NCBI GenBank assembly: GCA_046051225.1
Contig: JBJOOR010000017.1
Coordinates: 4,879-68,878 of the forward strand
DNA: 64,000 nucleotides
Reading direction: 5' to 3'
DNA from: Bacteroidota bacterium
GTDB lineage: Bacteria > Bacteroidota > Bacteroidia > Chitinophagales > CAIODY01
Shown here piece by piece: positions 19,111 to 28,408 of the stretch; position 1 is the stretch's first letter; each line of letters begins with the position of its first letter. Both the position numbers and the translations under genes were made by a program. Below the pieces are notes generated by a model that saw only the letters and a list, made by a program, of their open reading frames with translations, ran no database searches and was not told the DNA's origin.

Positions 19111-19497
19111 ATGTTTATTTTTACTTTATCTAAAAGTCATTTTATACAAAAAATATTTTCACTGCTTTTTCTGTTTTCATTTTTTGCTTGCCAAAACAAA
19201 AATAAATTATCAAATAATTCAACACCCAAAGAACAAGCTATAACAAAAAGTCCGTCTGTGTTTGGTAAATGGGTAATGTGTTATTCGAATTTTAATGGCG
19301 GAGGTATGTCGTACAATGTTTGTCCAATAATAAAATTTAATGCATTTAATGGTGAATATATTTATCAAGCTGAAACTTTTATATATAAAGCCGATTATGC
19401 ATTAAACAAACTTCAAGTTACAAACAAAACAAAAACTTCGAGTATAATTGATGATGGAATTTATCAAATGATTTTTTCGAAAAAGGAACAGAATTAA
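19111..19497 (+). CDS. small lipoprotein of unknown function (GKW...GGMS family, see findings)
   Basis: Lipobox LFSFFAC. It shares the GKW-x(6-9)-GGMS-...-I-x-F-...-G-x-x-Y pattern with ORF 25503-25898. Confidence 0.6.
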   Translation: MFIFTLSKSHFIQKIFSLLFLFSFFACQNKNKLSNNSTPKEQAITKSPSVFGKWVMCYSNFNGGGMSYNVCPIIKFNAFNGEYIYQAETFIYKADYALNKLQVTNKTKTSSIIDDGIYQMIFSKKEQN

Positions 19498-19574
19498 TTT
19501 TAAAAGAATTAAGAAGTGATAATAAAACTTGCGAACTATATTTGAATAAAGCTTCTGATTGATTTCAAATCGCC

Positions 19575-20054
19575 CTATTTTGTATTCCTAAAATTCCTTA
19601 TTTTTTCTAATTCAATTATATCAATTAAATCTTTTGGTCGGGCTGTGGCTTCTTTACTTGCAATTAAATGATTGATATGTAAAAACGGAACGTTAATGCC
19701 ATTTAATTCTGCAATTGAAGCCAAATCAAGGCATTCATCAAATGGAATATTTTCTAACCCTTTTACTTCGGTAAGTATATCTAATTCGTAACCATCAATC
19801 AACATAATACTCGACCAACCAGGCACAAAATCTAATGTTTCCAACGATTCCATATCGGGTAAGCCATATTCATGCAAGGCAATTCTTAAGTTTTTTCTAT
19901 TTTCTAAAGTATCTTTTAGCCATACATCACAATCGCCAGTATAACGCTGAAAACCATGCAGGTTAGTAGCAAAGCCACCAATCATAATGTATTTAACCTT
20001 AAATTTATCAAGATAAAACCACATGGATAAAATATCCTCATCTAATATATCCAT
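19575..20054 (-). CDS. minimal Pol-beta-fold nucleotidyltransferase protein
   Basis: 159 aa. IGGFATNLHGFQRYTGDCDVW fits the hG[GS]-x(9-20)-D-x-D NTase signature. The C-terminal LIASKEATARPKDLIDIIELE helix is common in small NTase families. Confidence 0.6.
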   Translation of the reverse strand: MDILDEDILSMWFYLDKFKVKYIMIGGFATNLHGFQRYTGDCDVWLKDTLENRKNLRIALHEYGLPDMESLETLDFVPGWSSIMLIDGYELDILTEVKGLENIPFDECLDLASIAELNGINVPFLHINHLIASKEATARPKDLIDIIELEKIRNFRNTK

Positions 20055-20060
20055 AAAAAA

Positions 20061-20264
20061 TTAAGGCTTGTGGCTGATGCTCATTTTTTGCATTATTCGT
20101 TGAGTTTTAACTAACTTCATCAAAAACTGAAACTTTTCCATATCTGTACGCCGCAAAGCATCTTCTAATTGATGATTATCATCAATGTTTTGCTTTTGAT
20201 AATTAGCAACCGATTCGGCGGCTATATTATTTTCGGGGCTGGTATGGGTATAATCACTTTCCAT
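20061..20264 (-). CDS. small acidic/helical protein, upstream partner of the nucleotidyltransferase
   Basis: 67-aa ORF ending 6 nt before the NTase start on the same strand. Confidence 0.45.
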   Translation of the reverse strand: MESDYTHTSPENNIAAESVANYQKQNIDDNHQLEDALRRTDMEKFQFLMKLVKTQRIMQKMSISHKP

Positions 20265-20570
20265 TTAGTATTCAAAATTACAAATTTTATTTTTACTCAA
20301 CAACTTATTAAAATTAATTTCAAAATAATTATAAGCCAATCATTAAAGCCAATAAATGCTTAAAATGCACTGAAATAGACACTTCACAATTTATAAGTAG
20401 AAATCTCACCAAAGCATTAGTTGTGCTTTATCTATGTTGTTGATATTTTTATGGAGTAGAAAATTTTAAAACAATTTTCTTTGCGTCCCTTTTATTTTAT
20501 TGGTTTTTAGTAAAATCATTTTTTGTATTCCCAATAACTAATAACTAGTAACAAATAACTTATTTAACAC

Positions 20571-22460
20571 ATGGCAAAAGAAGAAGTAATATACGATGAA
20601 TCGAGCATTCGGTCGTTAGATTGGAAAGAGCATATACGCCTGCGCCCTGGTATGTATATTGGTAAATTAGGCGATGGCAGTTCGCCTGATGATGGCATTT
20701 ATATTTTATTAAAAGAAGTAATTGATAATTGTATTGATGAGCACATGATGGGCTATGGCAATAAGATTGACATTAAAATTGAAGATAAAAAAGTAAGTGT
20801 TCGTGATTATGGCAGAGGTATTCCATTGGGCAAAGTGGTAGATGTGGTAAGCAAAATAAATACGGGTGGAAAGTATGATAGTAAAGCATTTCAAAAATCT
20901 GTGGGGTTAAATGGTGTGGGTACAAAAGCCGTAAATGCATTAAGCCATTATTTTATGGTAAAATCGGTTAGAGATGGGGTGATGAAAATGGCTGAATTTG
21001 AACGTGGCGAATTAACCAAAGACCATAAAGAACAAAAAACTACCGAGCCGAATGGCACCGAAATGAGCTATTATGCTGATGAAATGATTTTTAAAAAATT
21101 TCATTTCATTAATGAATATATCGAAAGTCAGCTTTGGAATTATTCGTATTTGAATGCAGGATTAGTAATCAATTTTAATGATAAAAAATTTGTTTCAAAA
21201 AATGGATTGCATGATTTGTTGACTAATAAATCGCAAAACATTGAATTGCGTTATCCCATTATTCATTTAAAAGGTGAAGATATTGAAGTGGCAATTTCGC
21301 ATGATGATCAATATGGCGAAGAATATTATAGTTATGTAAATGGACAATATACCACCCAAGGAGGCACACACTTAGCGGCTTTCAGAGAAGCATTGGTAAA
21401 AACTATTCGTGATTTTTATAAAAAAGATTTTGATGCTGCGGATATTAGAGGAAGCATTTTAGCGGCTATTGCTGTTCGTGTGCAAGAACCAGTTTTTGAA
21501 TCGCAAACCAAAACAAAATTAGGCTCGATAACTACTGCGCCCGAAAATGGTGTAACGATGCGGAACTTTGTAGCCGAATTTTTATCTAAGCAATTAGATA
21601 ATTATTTACACAAAAATCCAACTACTGCCGATGCTTTATTAAAACGAATTTTACAAAGCGAAAGAGAAAGAAAAGAAATAGCTGGTGTTAGAAAATTAGC
21701 CAACGAACGAGCTAAAAAAGCTAATCTTCATAACAAAAAATTACGTGATTGTAGATACCATTTTAATGATGTAGCCGAAGGAAAAAACAAAGAAGATGTA
21801 GAAACAAAAAAATTAGAAACCACCATTTTTATCACCGAAGGCGATTCGGCAAGTGGTTCTATCACAAAGTCTAGAAATGTAGAATCGCAGGCAGTTTTCA
21901 GCCTTCGTGGTAAACCTTTAAACTGTTATGGATTAACAAAAAAGATTGTTTACGAAAATGAAGAGTTTAATCTTTTACAACATGCTTTAAATATTGAAGA
22001 TGGCTTAGAAGGTTTACGTTATAATTCAGTTGTAGTAGCTACGGATGCCGATGTGGATGGTATGCATATTCGATTATTATTGATGACATTCTTTCTTCAA
22101 TTTTTTCCTGATTTGGTAAAAAATGGACATGTATATATTTTAGAAACGCCATTATTCCGAGTACGAAATAAACAAGAAACCATTTACTGTTATAGCGATG
22201 AAGAACGAAGAAATGCAATTTCGAAATTGGGCAACAAGCCCGAGATTACAAGGTTTAAAGGATTGGGTGAAATATCGCCAGATGAGTTTGCTAACTTTAT
22301 TGGTACTGAAATGAAATTGCAACCTATCATCATGAGCCCCGATATGACGATACCAAAATTGTTGGAATATTATATGGGTAAAAATACGCCCAGCCGACAA
22401 GAAGATATTATTAGAAATTTAGTAATTGAAAAAGATTTAGCTGAAGAATTAATAAACTAA
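20571..22460 (+). CDS. parE: DNA topoisomerase IV subunit B
   Basis: 629 aa. [26 protein letters not shown], the Toprim block FITEGDSA and DADVDGMHI. The length and N-terminus fit Bacteroidota ParE rather than GyrB. Confidence 0.9.
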   Translation: MAKEEVIYDESSIRSLDWKEHIRLRPGMYIGKLGDGSSPDDGIYILLKEVIDNCIDEHMMGYGNKIDIKIEDKKVSVRDYGRGIPLGKVVDVVSKINTGGKYDSKAFQKSVGLNGVGTKAVNALSHYFMVKSVRDGVMKMAEFERGELTKDHKEQKTTEPNGTEMSYYADEMIFKKFHFINEYIESQLWNYSYLNAGLVINFNDKKFVSKNGLHDLLTNKSQNIELRYPIIHLKGEDIEVAISHDDQYGEEYYSYVNGQYTTQGGTHLAAFREALVKTIRDFYKKDFDAADIRGSILAAIAVRVQEPVFESQTKTKLGSITTAPENGVTMRNFVAEFLSKQLDNYLHKNPTTADALLKRILQSERERKEIAGVRKLANERAKKANLHNKKLRDCRYHFNDVAEGKNKEDVETKKLETTIFITEGDSASGSITKSRNVESQAVFSLRGKPLNCYGLTKKIVYENEEFNLLQHALNIEDGLEGLRYNSVVVATDADVDGMHIRLLLMTFFLQFFPDLVKNGHVYILETPLFRVRNKQETIYCYSDEERRNAISKLGNKPEITRFKGLGEISPDEFANFIGTEMKLQPIIMSPDMTIPKLLEYYMGKNTPSRQEDIIRNLVIEKDLAEELIN

Positions 22461-22479
22461 ATATAAATTACGATTTAAT

Positions 22480-22500
22480 AAATATCCAATATCCAACTTT
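22480..22500. repeat. left arm of a perfect 21-bp inverted repeat bracketing the four-helix-bundle gene
   Basis: AAATATCCAATATCCAACTTT. The exact reverse complement lies at 22925-22945. Confidence 0.95.
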
Positions 22501-22519
22501 AAATAATCAATAACCAAGT

Positions 22520-22894
22520 ATGGAAAAAAACAAAAAATATGATTTAGAAGAAAGACTTATAGATTTTGCAGTAAGAATAATTGATGTAGTAGAAGCACTA
22601 CCAAATACTAAAGCAGGAAATCATTTGGGTGGTCAGTTGGTTCGTTCAGGAACTTCGCCAGCATTAAATTATGGCGAAGCACAAAGTGCCGAATCGCAAA
22701 ATGATTTTATTCACAAAATGAAAATTAGTTTAAAAGAATTAAGAGAATCAAAAAATAATTTACGAATAATTCATCGCAAACCATTGATAAAACCAGTGTC
22801 AAAGTTAGAACCTATTTTAAATGAAATAAATGAATTAGTTGCCATTTTTGCTAAAAGTATTCAAACTGCTGAAAAAAATAAACCTAAAAAATAA
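22520..22894 (+). CDS. four-helix-bundle protein (23S rRNA intervening-sequence protein / Avd-like family)
   Basis: 124 aa. YDLEERLIDFAVRIIDVVEALP...AGNHLGGQLVRSGTSPALNYGEAQSAES..DFIHKMKISLKELRES is the family's characteristic sequence. Confidence 0.85.
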   Translation: MEKNKKYDLEERLIDFAVRIIDVVEALPNTKAGNHLGGQLVRSGTSPALNYGEAQSAESQNDFIHKMKISLKELRESKNNLRIIHRKPLIKPVSKLEPILNEINELVAIFAKSIQTAEKNKPKK

Positions 22895-22924
22895 ATTCAT
22901 TTTCAACTTCGATATTGGATATTG

Positions 22925-22945
22925 AAAGTTGGATATTGGATATTT
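22925..22945. repeat. right arm of the 21-bp inverted repeat (plus a partial extra copy GATATTGGATATT at 22911-22923)
   Basis: AAAGTTGGATATTGGATATTT. It ends 14 nt upstream of the parC ATG. Confidence 0.95.
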
Positions 22946-22958
22946 TCAAATAAGAATT

Positions 22959-25469
22959 ATGTCAGAAGAAATTATTCCCATTCAAAATAGCGGAAACGAA
23001 ATAGATACCGTAAGCGACTTATACAAAGGTTGGTTTATGGATTATGCATCGTATGTGATTTTAGAACGTGCAGTACCAGCCGTTCAAGATGGTTTAAAAC
23101 CTGTTCAACGCCGTATCCTTCATGCCATGAAAGAAATGGATGATGGCAGATTTAATAAAGTGGCAAACGTAATTGGGCAAACTATGCAATACCATCCGCA
23201 TGGCGATGCTTCTATTGGCGATGCCATGGTGGGCATTGGGCAAAAAGATTTGATGATTGAAACGCAAGGAAACTGGGGCGATGTACGTACTGGTGATGAT
23301 GCAGCAGCACCCAGATACATTGAAGCCAGATTATCAAAATTTGCTTTGGATGTGGCTTTCAACAATAAAACTACACAATGGCAACTAAGCTATGATGGTA
23401 GAAAAAATGAGCCAATAGTTTTGCCAATGAAGTTTCCTTTGTTGTTGGCGCAAGGCGTTGAAGGTATTGCTGTAGGCTTAGCTACAAAAGTTTTACCGCA
23501 TAATTTTGTTGAATTAATTCATGCATCTATTCATTATTTAAAAGGTAAAAAGTTTGAATTATTTCCCGATTTTCAAACAGGTGGAATGATTGATATTGCC
23601 AATTACAATGATGGTAAACGTGGCGGAAAAGTACGTGTTAGAGCCAAGATTGAAGAATTAGATAAAAAAACTTTGTTGATAAAAGATATTCCTTTTGGCA
23701 TCACCACATCCTCTTTGATGGATTCCATTGTAAAAGCAAATGATAATGGAAAAATTAAAATCAAAAAAATAGTTGATAATACTGCGGCTAATGTTGAAAT
23801 TGAAATTCAGCTTACACCAGGCATTTCGCCTGATGTTACTATTGATGCCTTGTATGCATTTACTGATTGCGAAGTTTCTATTTCGCCAAATGCTTGTGTA
23901 ATTGTAAATGATAAACCAGTATTCATAACGGTTTCAGAGTTATTAAAAATTTCTACCGACAACACAATGGATTTGTTGAAGAAAGAGTTAGAAATAAAAC
24001 TGAACGAATTAAATGAAAAATGGCATTACACTTCATTAGAAAAAATATTTTTTGAAGAAAAAATTTATAAAGAATTAGAAAAGAAACACGAAACGTGGGA
24101 TGCTGTAATTACAGCTATTGATAAGGCTTTTGCGCCTTTCAAAAAAAGTTTGAAACGAAATATTGAACGAGAAGATATTTTGAAACTGACTGAAAAACCC
24201 GTTCGAAGAATTTACAAATTAGATATTGATGAATTGATTGAACAAATCAATAATATTGAAAATGACATCAAACAAACACAATTTGATTTAGATCATTTAC
24301 GTGAATTTACCATTGCTTATTTTGAAAATTTATTAAAAAAATATGGCAAAGGCAGAGATAGAAAAACTGAAATTCGTCCGTTTGATAATATACAAGTATC
24401 GGCTGTAGCTATTGCCAATACTAAGTTGTATGTAAATTGGAATGAAGGATTTATTGGTAGCGGTTTGAAAAAAGATGAATTTTTGTTTGATTGTAGCGAT
24501 TTAGATAACATTGTTGTTTTCAGAAAAGATGGAAAAATGATAGTAACAAAAGTGAGCGACAAAACTTTTGTGGGCAAGGATATTATTCATGTTGAAATTT
24601 TTAGAAAAAATGACGAACGAACAACTTACAACCTAATTTATTTGGATGGAGCTTCGGGAATCAGCTATGTGAAAAGGTTTCAGGCTGGTGGCATAACAAG
24701 AGATAAAGAATATGATTTAACAAAAGGCGACCCAAAATCGAAAGTTTTATATTTTTCATCAAACCCAAATGGTGAAGCTGAAAAAGTGAATGTAATTTTA
24801 AAACCTACAGCCAGCGCAAGAATCAAGGTTTTTGATTTCGATTTTGCTGAATTAGAAATTAAAGGAAGAGGCAGCAATGGCAATCAACTCACGAAATATC
24901 CGGTGCATAAAATTTCGTTGAAAGAAAAAGGAAAATCAACTTTAAGCGGCATCAAAATTTATTACGATGAAGAAGTGGGCAGATTGAATACCGACGGCAA
25001 AGGCAAGCTGCTGGGCAACTTTGAGGGCGATGATAAAATAATTGCGTTGTATAAAGATGGTACTTATGAGTTGACGAATTATGAATTGACCAACCGTTTT
25101 GAAAGCAATCAAATTGTAACGGTTGAAAAATTTGATGCACAAAAACCAATTAGTTGCATTTATTACGATGCTGAAATGAAGTGCTACAATGCCAAACGGT
25201 TTTTGATTGAAACACAAACTTTGAACACCAAATTTCTATTTATAAAAGAAGGTGAGAAAAATGAATTGCTATTAGCCACCACACAAGCCAAGCCCATTGT
25301 GCGATTGAAAGCTGGTAAAAAGAAAAGCGAAGCGGTGGAATACAAAACAGACTTATCAATGGTGACAGAAGTGAAAGGCTGGAAAACTGTGGGCACAAAA
25401 ATCGGCACTGATATTTTAAGCGCTGAATTGTTTGTGGAAGAAGAACCGAAAACGGGGGAATTGTTTTAG
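22959..25469 (+). CDS. parC: DNA topoisomerase IV subunit A
   Basis: Start moved to MSEEIIPIQ, because the 22929 start lies inside the inverted repeat. Motifs seen: YASYVILERAVP, DGLKPVQRRIL, HPHGD and AAPRYIEARL (catalytic Tyr region). Confidence 0.9.
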   Translation: MSEEIIPIQNSGNEIDTVSDLYKGWFMDYASYVILERAVPAVQDGLKPVQRRILHAMKEMDDGRFNKVANVIGQTMQYHPHGDASIGDAMVGIGQKDLMIETQGNWGDVRTGDDAAAPRYIEARLSKFALDVAFNNKTTQWQLSYDGRKNEPIVLPMKFPLLLAQGVEGIAVGLATKVLPHNFVELIHASIHYLKGKKFELFPDFQTGGMIDIANYNDGKRGGKVRVRAKIEELDKKTLLIKDIPFGITTSSLMDSIVKANDNGKIKIKKIVDNTAANVEIEIQLTPGISPDVTIDALYAFTDCEVSISPNACVIVNDKPVFITVSELLKISTDNTMDLLKKELEIKLNELNEKWHYTSLEKIFFEEKIYKELEKKHETWDAVITAIDKAFAPFKKSLKRNIEREDILKLTEKPVRRIYKLDIDELIEQINNIENDIKQTQFDLDHLREFTIAYFENLLKKYGKGRDRKTEIRPFDNIQVSAVAIANTKLYVNWNEGFIGSGLKKDEFLFDCSDLDNIVVFRKDGKMIVTKVSDKTFVGKDIIHVEIFRKNDERTTYNLIYLDGASGISYVKRFQAGGITRDKEYDLTKGDPKSKVLYFSSNPNGEAEKVNVILKPTASARIKVFDFDFAELEIKGRGSNGNQLTKYPVHKISLKEKGKSTLSGIKIYYDEEVGRLNTDGKGKLLGNFEGDDKIIALYKDGTYELTNYELTNRFESNQIVTVEKFDAQKPISCIYYDAEMKCYNAKRFLIETQTLNTKFLFIKEGEKNELLLATTQAKPIVRLKAGKKKSEAVEYKTDLSMVTEVKGWKTVGTKIGTDILSAELFVEEEPKTGELF
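25396..25430 (+). repeat. direct repeat copy 1 (inside the parC 3' end)
   Basis: CAAAAATCGGCACTGATATTTTAAGCGCTGAATTG. 32/35 nt identical to 25958-25992. Confidence 0.85.
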
Positions 25470-25502
25470 AATGATAATTGAGAACCAATAAAATTTCCAA
25501 AA

Positions 25503-25898
25503 ATGAAATCGTTTATTTTATCATTATTCTTTAAAGAAAAACCCGATGAATTAATTGGAAAATGGTTTCCGTATAATGATGGGGGCATGAGTATGATGTC
25601 AGGAATGGCAATTGAATTTAGAGATAATAGTAAAGGAATTCTTTATTCTTGGGGAAGTTCCAGCCCTGACCATGAGGAAGGTTATGATTTAGAAGAAGAA
25701 ATTTTATGGAAAAGAGTTTCCAAGAATCAAATAAAAATAAAAATGCTTGACCAAGAAAATTTTGATTTAGTTACATACAACATTGAGAAAAAATATGTTG
25801 GCTATTACAGTTTGACTTCGGGCTTTAATGGCAATGACGAATATTTTAAAAATTGTTTTTGGAAAGTTTTTAATCCGATTCAAAAACGAATTTCATAA
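25503..25898 (+). CDS. hypothetical small protein (GKW...GGMS family), cargo of the parC-3' insertion
   Basis: 131-aa ORF lying between the two copies of the parC-3' repeat. Confidence 0.55.
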   Translation: MKSFILSLFFKEKPDELIGKWFPYNDGGMSMMSGMAIEFRDNSKGILYSWGSSSPDHEEGYDLEEEILWKRVSKNQIKIKMLDQENFDLVTYNIEKKYVGYYSLTSGFNGNDEYFKNCFWKVFNPIQKRIS

Positions 25899-25957
25899 AA
25901 ATAATTCATGCTCACCGAAAAAGAATTTGAAGAAATAAAAAAATCAAACGAGCAATT

Positions 25958-25992
25958 CAAAAATTGGCACTGATATTTTAAGCGCTAAATGG
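25958..25992 (+). repeat. direct repeat copy 2 (orphan parC 3' fragment with an alternative open tail)
   Basis: CAAAAATTGGCACTGATATTTTAAGCGCTAAATGG. In the parC-equivalent frame it reads KIGTDILSAKWNIKTILNRKANYFRLHFNQ*. Confidence 0.85.
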
Positions 25993-26079
25993 AATATAAA
26001 AACAATATTAAATCGCAAGGCTAATTATTTTAGGTTACATTTTAATCAGTAATTAGTTTAAAGAATAAAAAAATACTTT

Positions 26080-27570
26080 TTATTCTTTAATGATTTTATA
26101 AACATTAACATCTCCAATCTCTGATATAATCTTTAAAAAATAAATACCCGATGGAATATTGTCAATATTTAAAATTTCATATTTTTTTGTTTTTAATTCT
26201 TTACTTAAAAAAATTTGTCCCAACAAAGAATACATTTCGCAAGAATATTTAATATCTGTGTTATTAATGTAAATGTTTATCTTTTCATGGCAAGGATTAG
26301 GAAAAATAGAAATTAAAGCTTCATTACTATTTTGAATTACATTGCATTTTATTTGGTTACAATTACTAAAATTTATACGACTAAATTCTGCATCTGGGAA
26401 ATTTGAATGATAATTAATAGTATTACTTATCAAAAATGAACAATCAGAAATCGATGCTATATTTTTATTAGAAGCCACGTTTAAGCTATCCGTTATATTT
26501 AGTTTAAATGTACAAAGACTATCCCCAATTGAACTTAATTTTATAATTCTAAATTGGCTTCCAATAGTCCCCAAACTTACAAAATTTCCATCATCAAGTT
26601 CAACCGATTGGCTTACAAATGACTCAAGTGCATCAAGGTTTTTCTCCCATATTATTTTTCCAGTATCATCAATCATTAAGTAATGAGATATATCTGAATG
26701 AAAATATAAACCAGAAATATAAATACTATCAATAAATTGACTGTAACCCGAAACAAGAAACTTGGTACTATTTTTTAATTTAATAATACTACAAGCTCCT
26801 TCGTCTATATTTTTTTTTTCAATTTTTTTAAACCAAAAAATATTTCCTCCCTCATCTATCTTTTCAACTATAATCGAAATTCCATTATAATTATAATGGG
26901 TATATAATGCTGATGTATTGTAATCATCAACTGTTCCTACTAAAATAAATTCGCCATTACTGCATTCAACAATATCCTGACCGGTGCAATATTTATTATT
27001 ACTTACATTTGTTCTAACCAAAATTTTTCCTGTATCATCAAACACTGTAAACAAAATATGCGATGTAATTCCATTTCCACTTGAAGCTGTTCCTATAGCA
27101 ACAATTTTCCCATCATTGGTACTAATCAATTTAGAATAGTTATCCCCTAAATTATTCCGAAATCGGTTCTCTAATTTACTAAACAAGATATCTCCATTTC
27201 TATTGTATTTAATTAATTGGTTATAATAATTACTATCTTTTGGATTACCTACCAAAGAAATTGCGTAAATATAATTATCAGAATTTTCACAAATTATCGA
27301 AGGTCCAATGACAAATAAAGAATCAAATACTGTATTTTTTGAATATCCAATATTTCCTAATGAATCAAAAACGGTAAATATGTATCCGCTTTTTTGAGTT
27401 TGAGAATAGGCATAGCTTTGAATTGCAACTGACGTATTGCAATCATAAACTAAAGGATTGCTAATAAAATTATAAGTTGAATCATAATCAATGATTTTAT
27501 CGAAACTATAAGTTTGTGCACTTGTAAAACCAAAGTAAAAACACAATATTATTAAAAAGTAAAATTTCAA
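26080..27570 (-). CDS. secreted protein with T9SS C-terminal sorting domain, beta-propeller-like repeats
   Basis: Signal peptide MKFYFLIILCFYFGFTSAQ. C-terminus ISIFPNPCHEKINIYINN...SGIYFLKIISEIGDVNVYKIIKE. Confidence 0.8.
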   Translation of the reverse strand: MKFYFLIILCFYFGFTSAQTYSFDKIIDYDSTYNFISNPLVYDCNTSVAIQSYAYSQTQKSGYIFTVFDSLGNIGYSKNTVFDSLFVIGPSIICENSDNYIYAISLVGNPKDSNYYNQLIKYNRNGDILFSKLENRFRNNLGDNYSKLISTNDGKIVAIGTASSGNGITSHILFTVFDDTGKILVRTNVSNNKYCTGQDIVECSNGEFILVGTVDDYNTSALYTHYNYNGISIIVEKIDEGGNIFWFKKIEKKNIDEGACSIIKLKNSTKFLVSGYSQFIDSIYISGLYFHSDISHYLMIDDTGKIIWEKNLDALESFVSQSVELDDGNFVSLGTIGSQFRIIKLSSIGDSLCTFKLNITDSLNVASNKNIASISDCSFLISNTINYHSNFPDAEFSRINFSNCNQIKCNVIQNSNEALISIFPNPCHEKINIYINNTDIKYSCEMYSLLGQIFLSKELKTKKYEILNIDNIPSGIYFLKIISEIGDVNVYKIIKE

Positions 27571-27662
27571 AGTGAAAAAAATTTATTTTTCAAATTTAAT
27601 CTTTTTACTCAATTAATTTTAGCTAAAAAAATGAGTACAAATACTATACTAAAATCTTTATT

Positions 27663-27773
27663 TTAAGGATTTAGAGCATCTTTAATAATCCAATACAAAA
27701 AACCTGAAATAGAAATAATTGTAAAGAATAAAATAATTGCAAGTGCTAGTATTCTTTCAAAACTATGTTGCAT
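27663..27773 (-). CDS. possible 36-aa single-TM peptide
   Basis: MQHSFERILALAIILFFTIISISGFLYWIIKDALNP, found by hand in an otherwise empty 260-bp gap. No other support. Confidence 0.25.
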   Translation of the reverse strand: MQHSFERILALAIILFFTIISISGFLYWIIKDALNP

Positions 27774-27830
27774 AATAAATGCTTTATAGAAATGACTATT
27801 CAAATCTTAATTACGTTGCTTTTCAAATAA

Positions 27831-28388
27831 TTAATTTAATGAAGGATGGATAGGATAATTACTCATTACAGCATAATCTCCGCCCAAATTAACAAGCGAT
27901 TGTTTCCATATTTCTGTTTCGTTTTCCGAAAAAATTAATTCATTTTTTGATGTAGAAATTATCCATGAATTATCTTGAAGTTCCTTACTTAACTGCTCTT
28001 TATCCCAACTACTATAGCCTAAAAAGAATTTTATTTTACTTAAATCAAGTTCATTTTTAAGTAATAACTTTTTTACTAATTTAAAATCGCCACCCCAAAA
28101 AACACCATCCAAAATTTCAACTCCATCTTTAATTTGGTCGCCAAGCGAATGAATAAAATTAAGCCTATCGCTATGCACAGGACCTCCAAAAAAAACTGGA
28201 ACAGGTTTACTATTTTCTAATTCAGGAAAAAAGTCTTCCAATTTTTCAGATAAAATTCTGTTTACAATAAAGCCTACCGAACCCATTTCGGTTTGATGTT
28301 CGCAAAGCAATACCACACTTCTGCTAAAATAATTATCTAACAAAAATGGCTCGGCTATTAATAAATTTCCTTTTTGTGGTTGATTCAT
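27831..28388 (-). CDS. YqgE/AlgH-family protein
   Basis: GNLLIAEPFLLDNYFSRSVVLLCEH...GSVGFIVNR and FFGGPV are characteristic of UPF0301/AlgH. Confidence 0.85.
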   Translation of the reverse strand: MNQPQKGNLLIAEPFLLDNYFSRSVVLLCEHQTEMGSVGFIVNRILSEKLEDFFPELENSKPVPVFFGGPVHSDRLNFIHSLGDQIKDGVEILDGVFWGGDFKLVKKLLLKNELDLSKIKFFLGYSSWDKEQLSKELQDNSWIISTSKNELIFSENETEIWKQSLVNLGGDYAVMSNYPIHPSLN

Positions 28389-28408
28389 GCAATCAAAAAA
28401 AATAAAGA

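Noticed and set aside
22520-22894. Diversity-generating retroelement, because the four-helix-bundle protein is Avd-like.
   Set aside because: The window contains no reverse transcriptase ORF and no template/variable repeat pair with A-specific mismatches.
25908-25973. 21-aa ORF MLTEKEFEEIKKSNEQFKNWH between the cassette ORF and the orphan parC fragment.
   Set aside because: It is very short and runs into the repeat copy in a different frame. There is no evidence that it is real.
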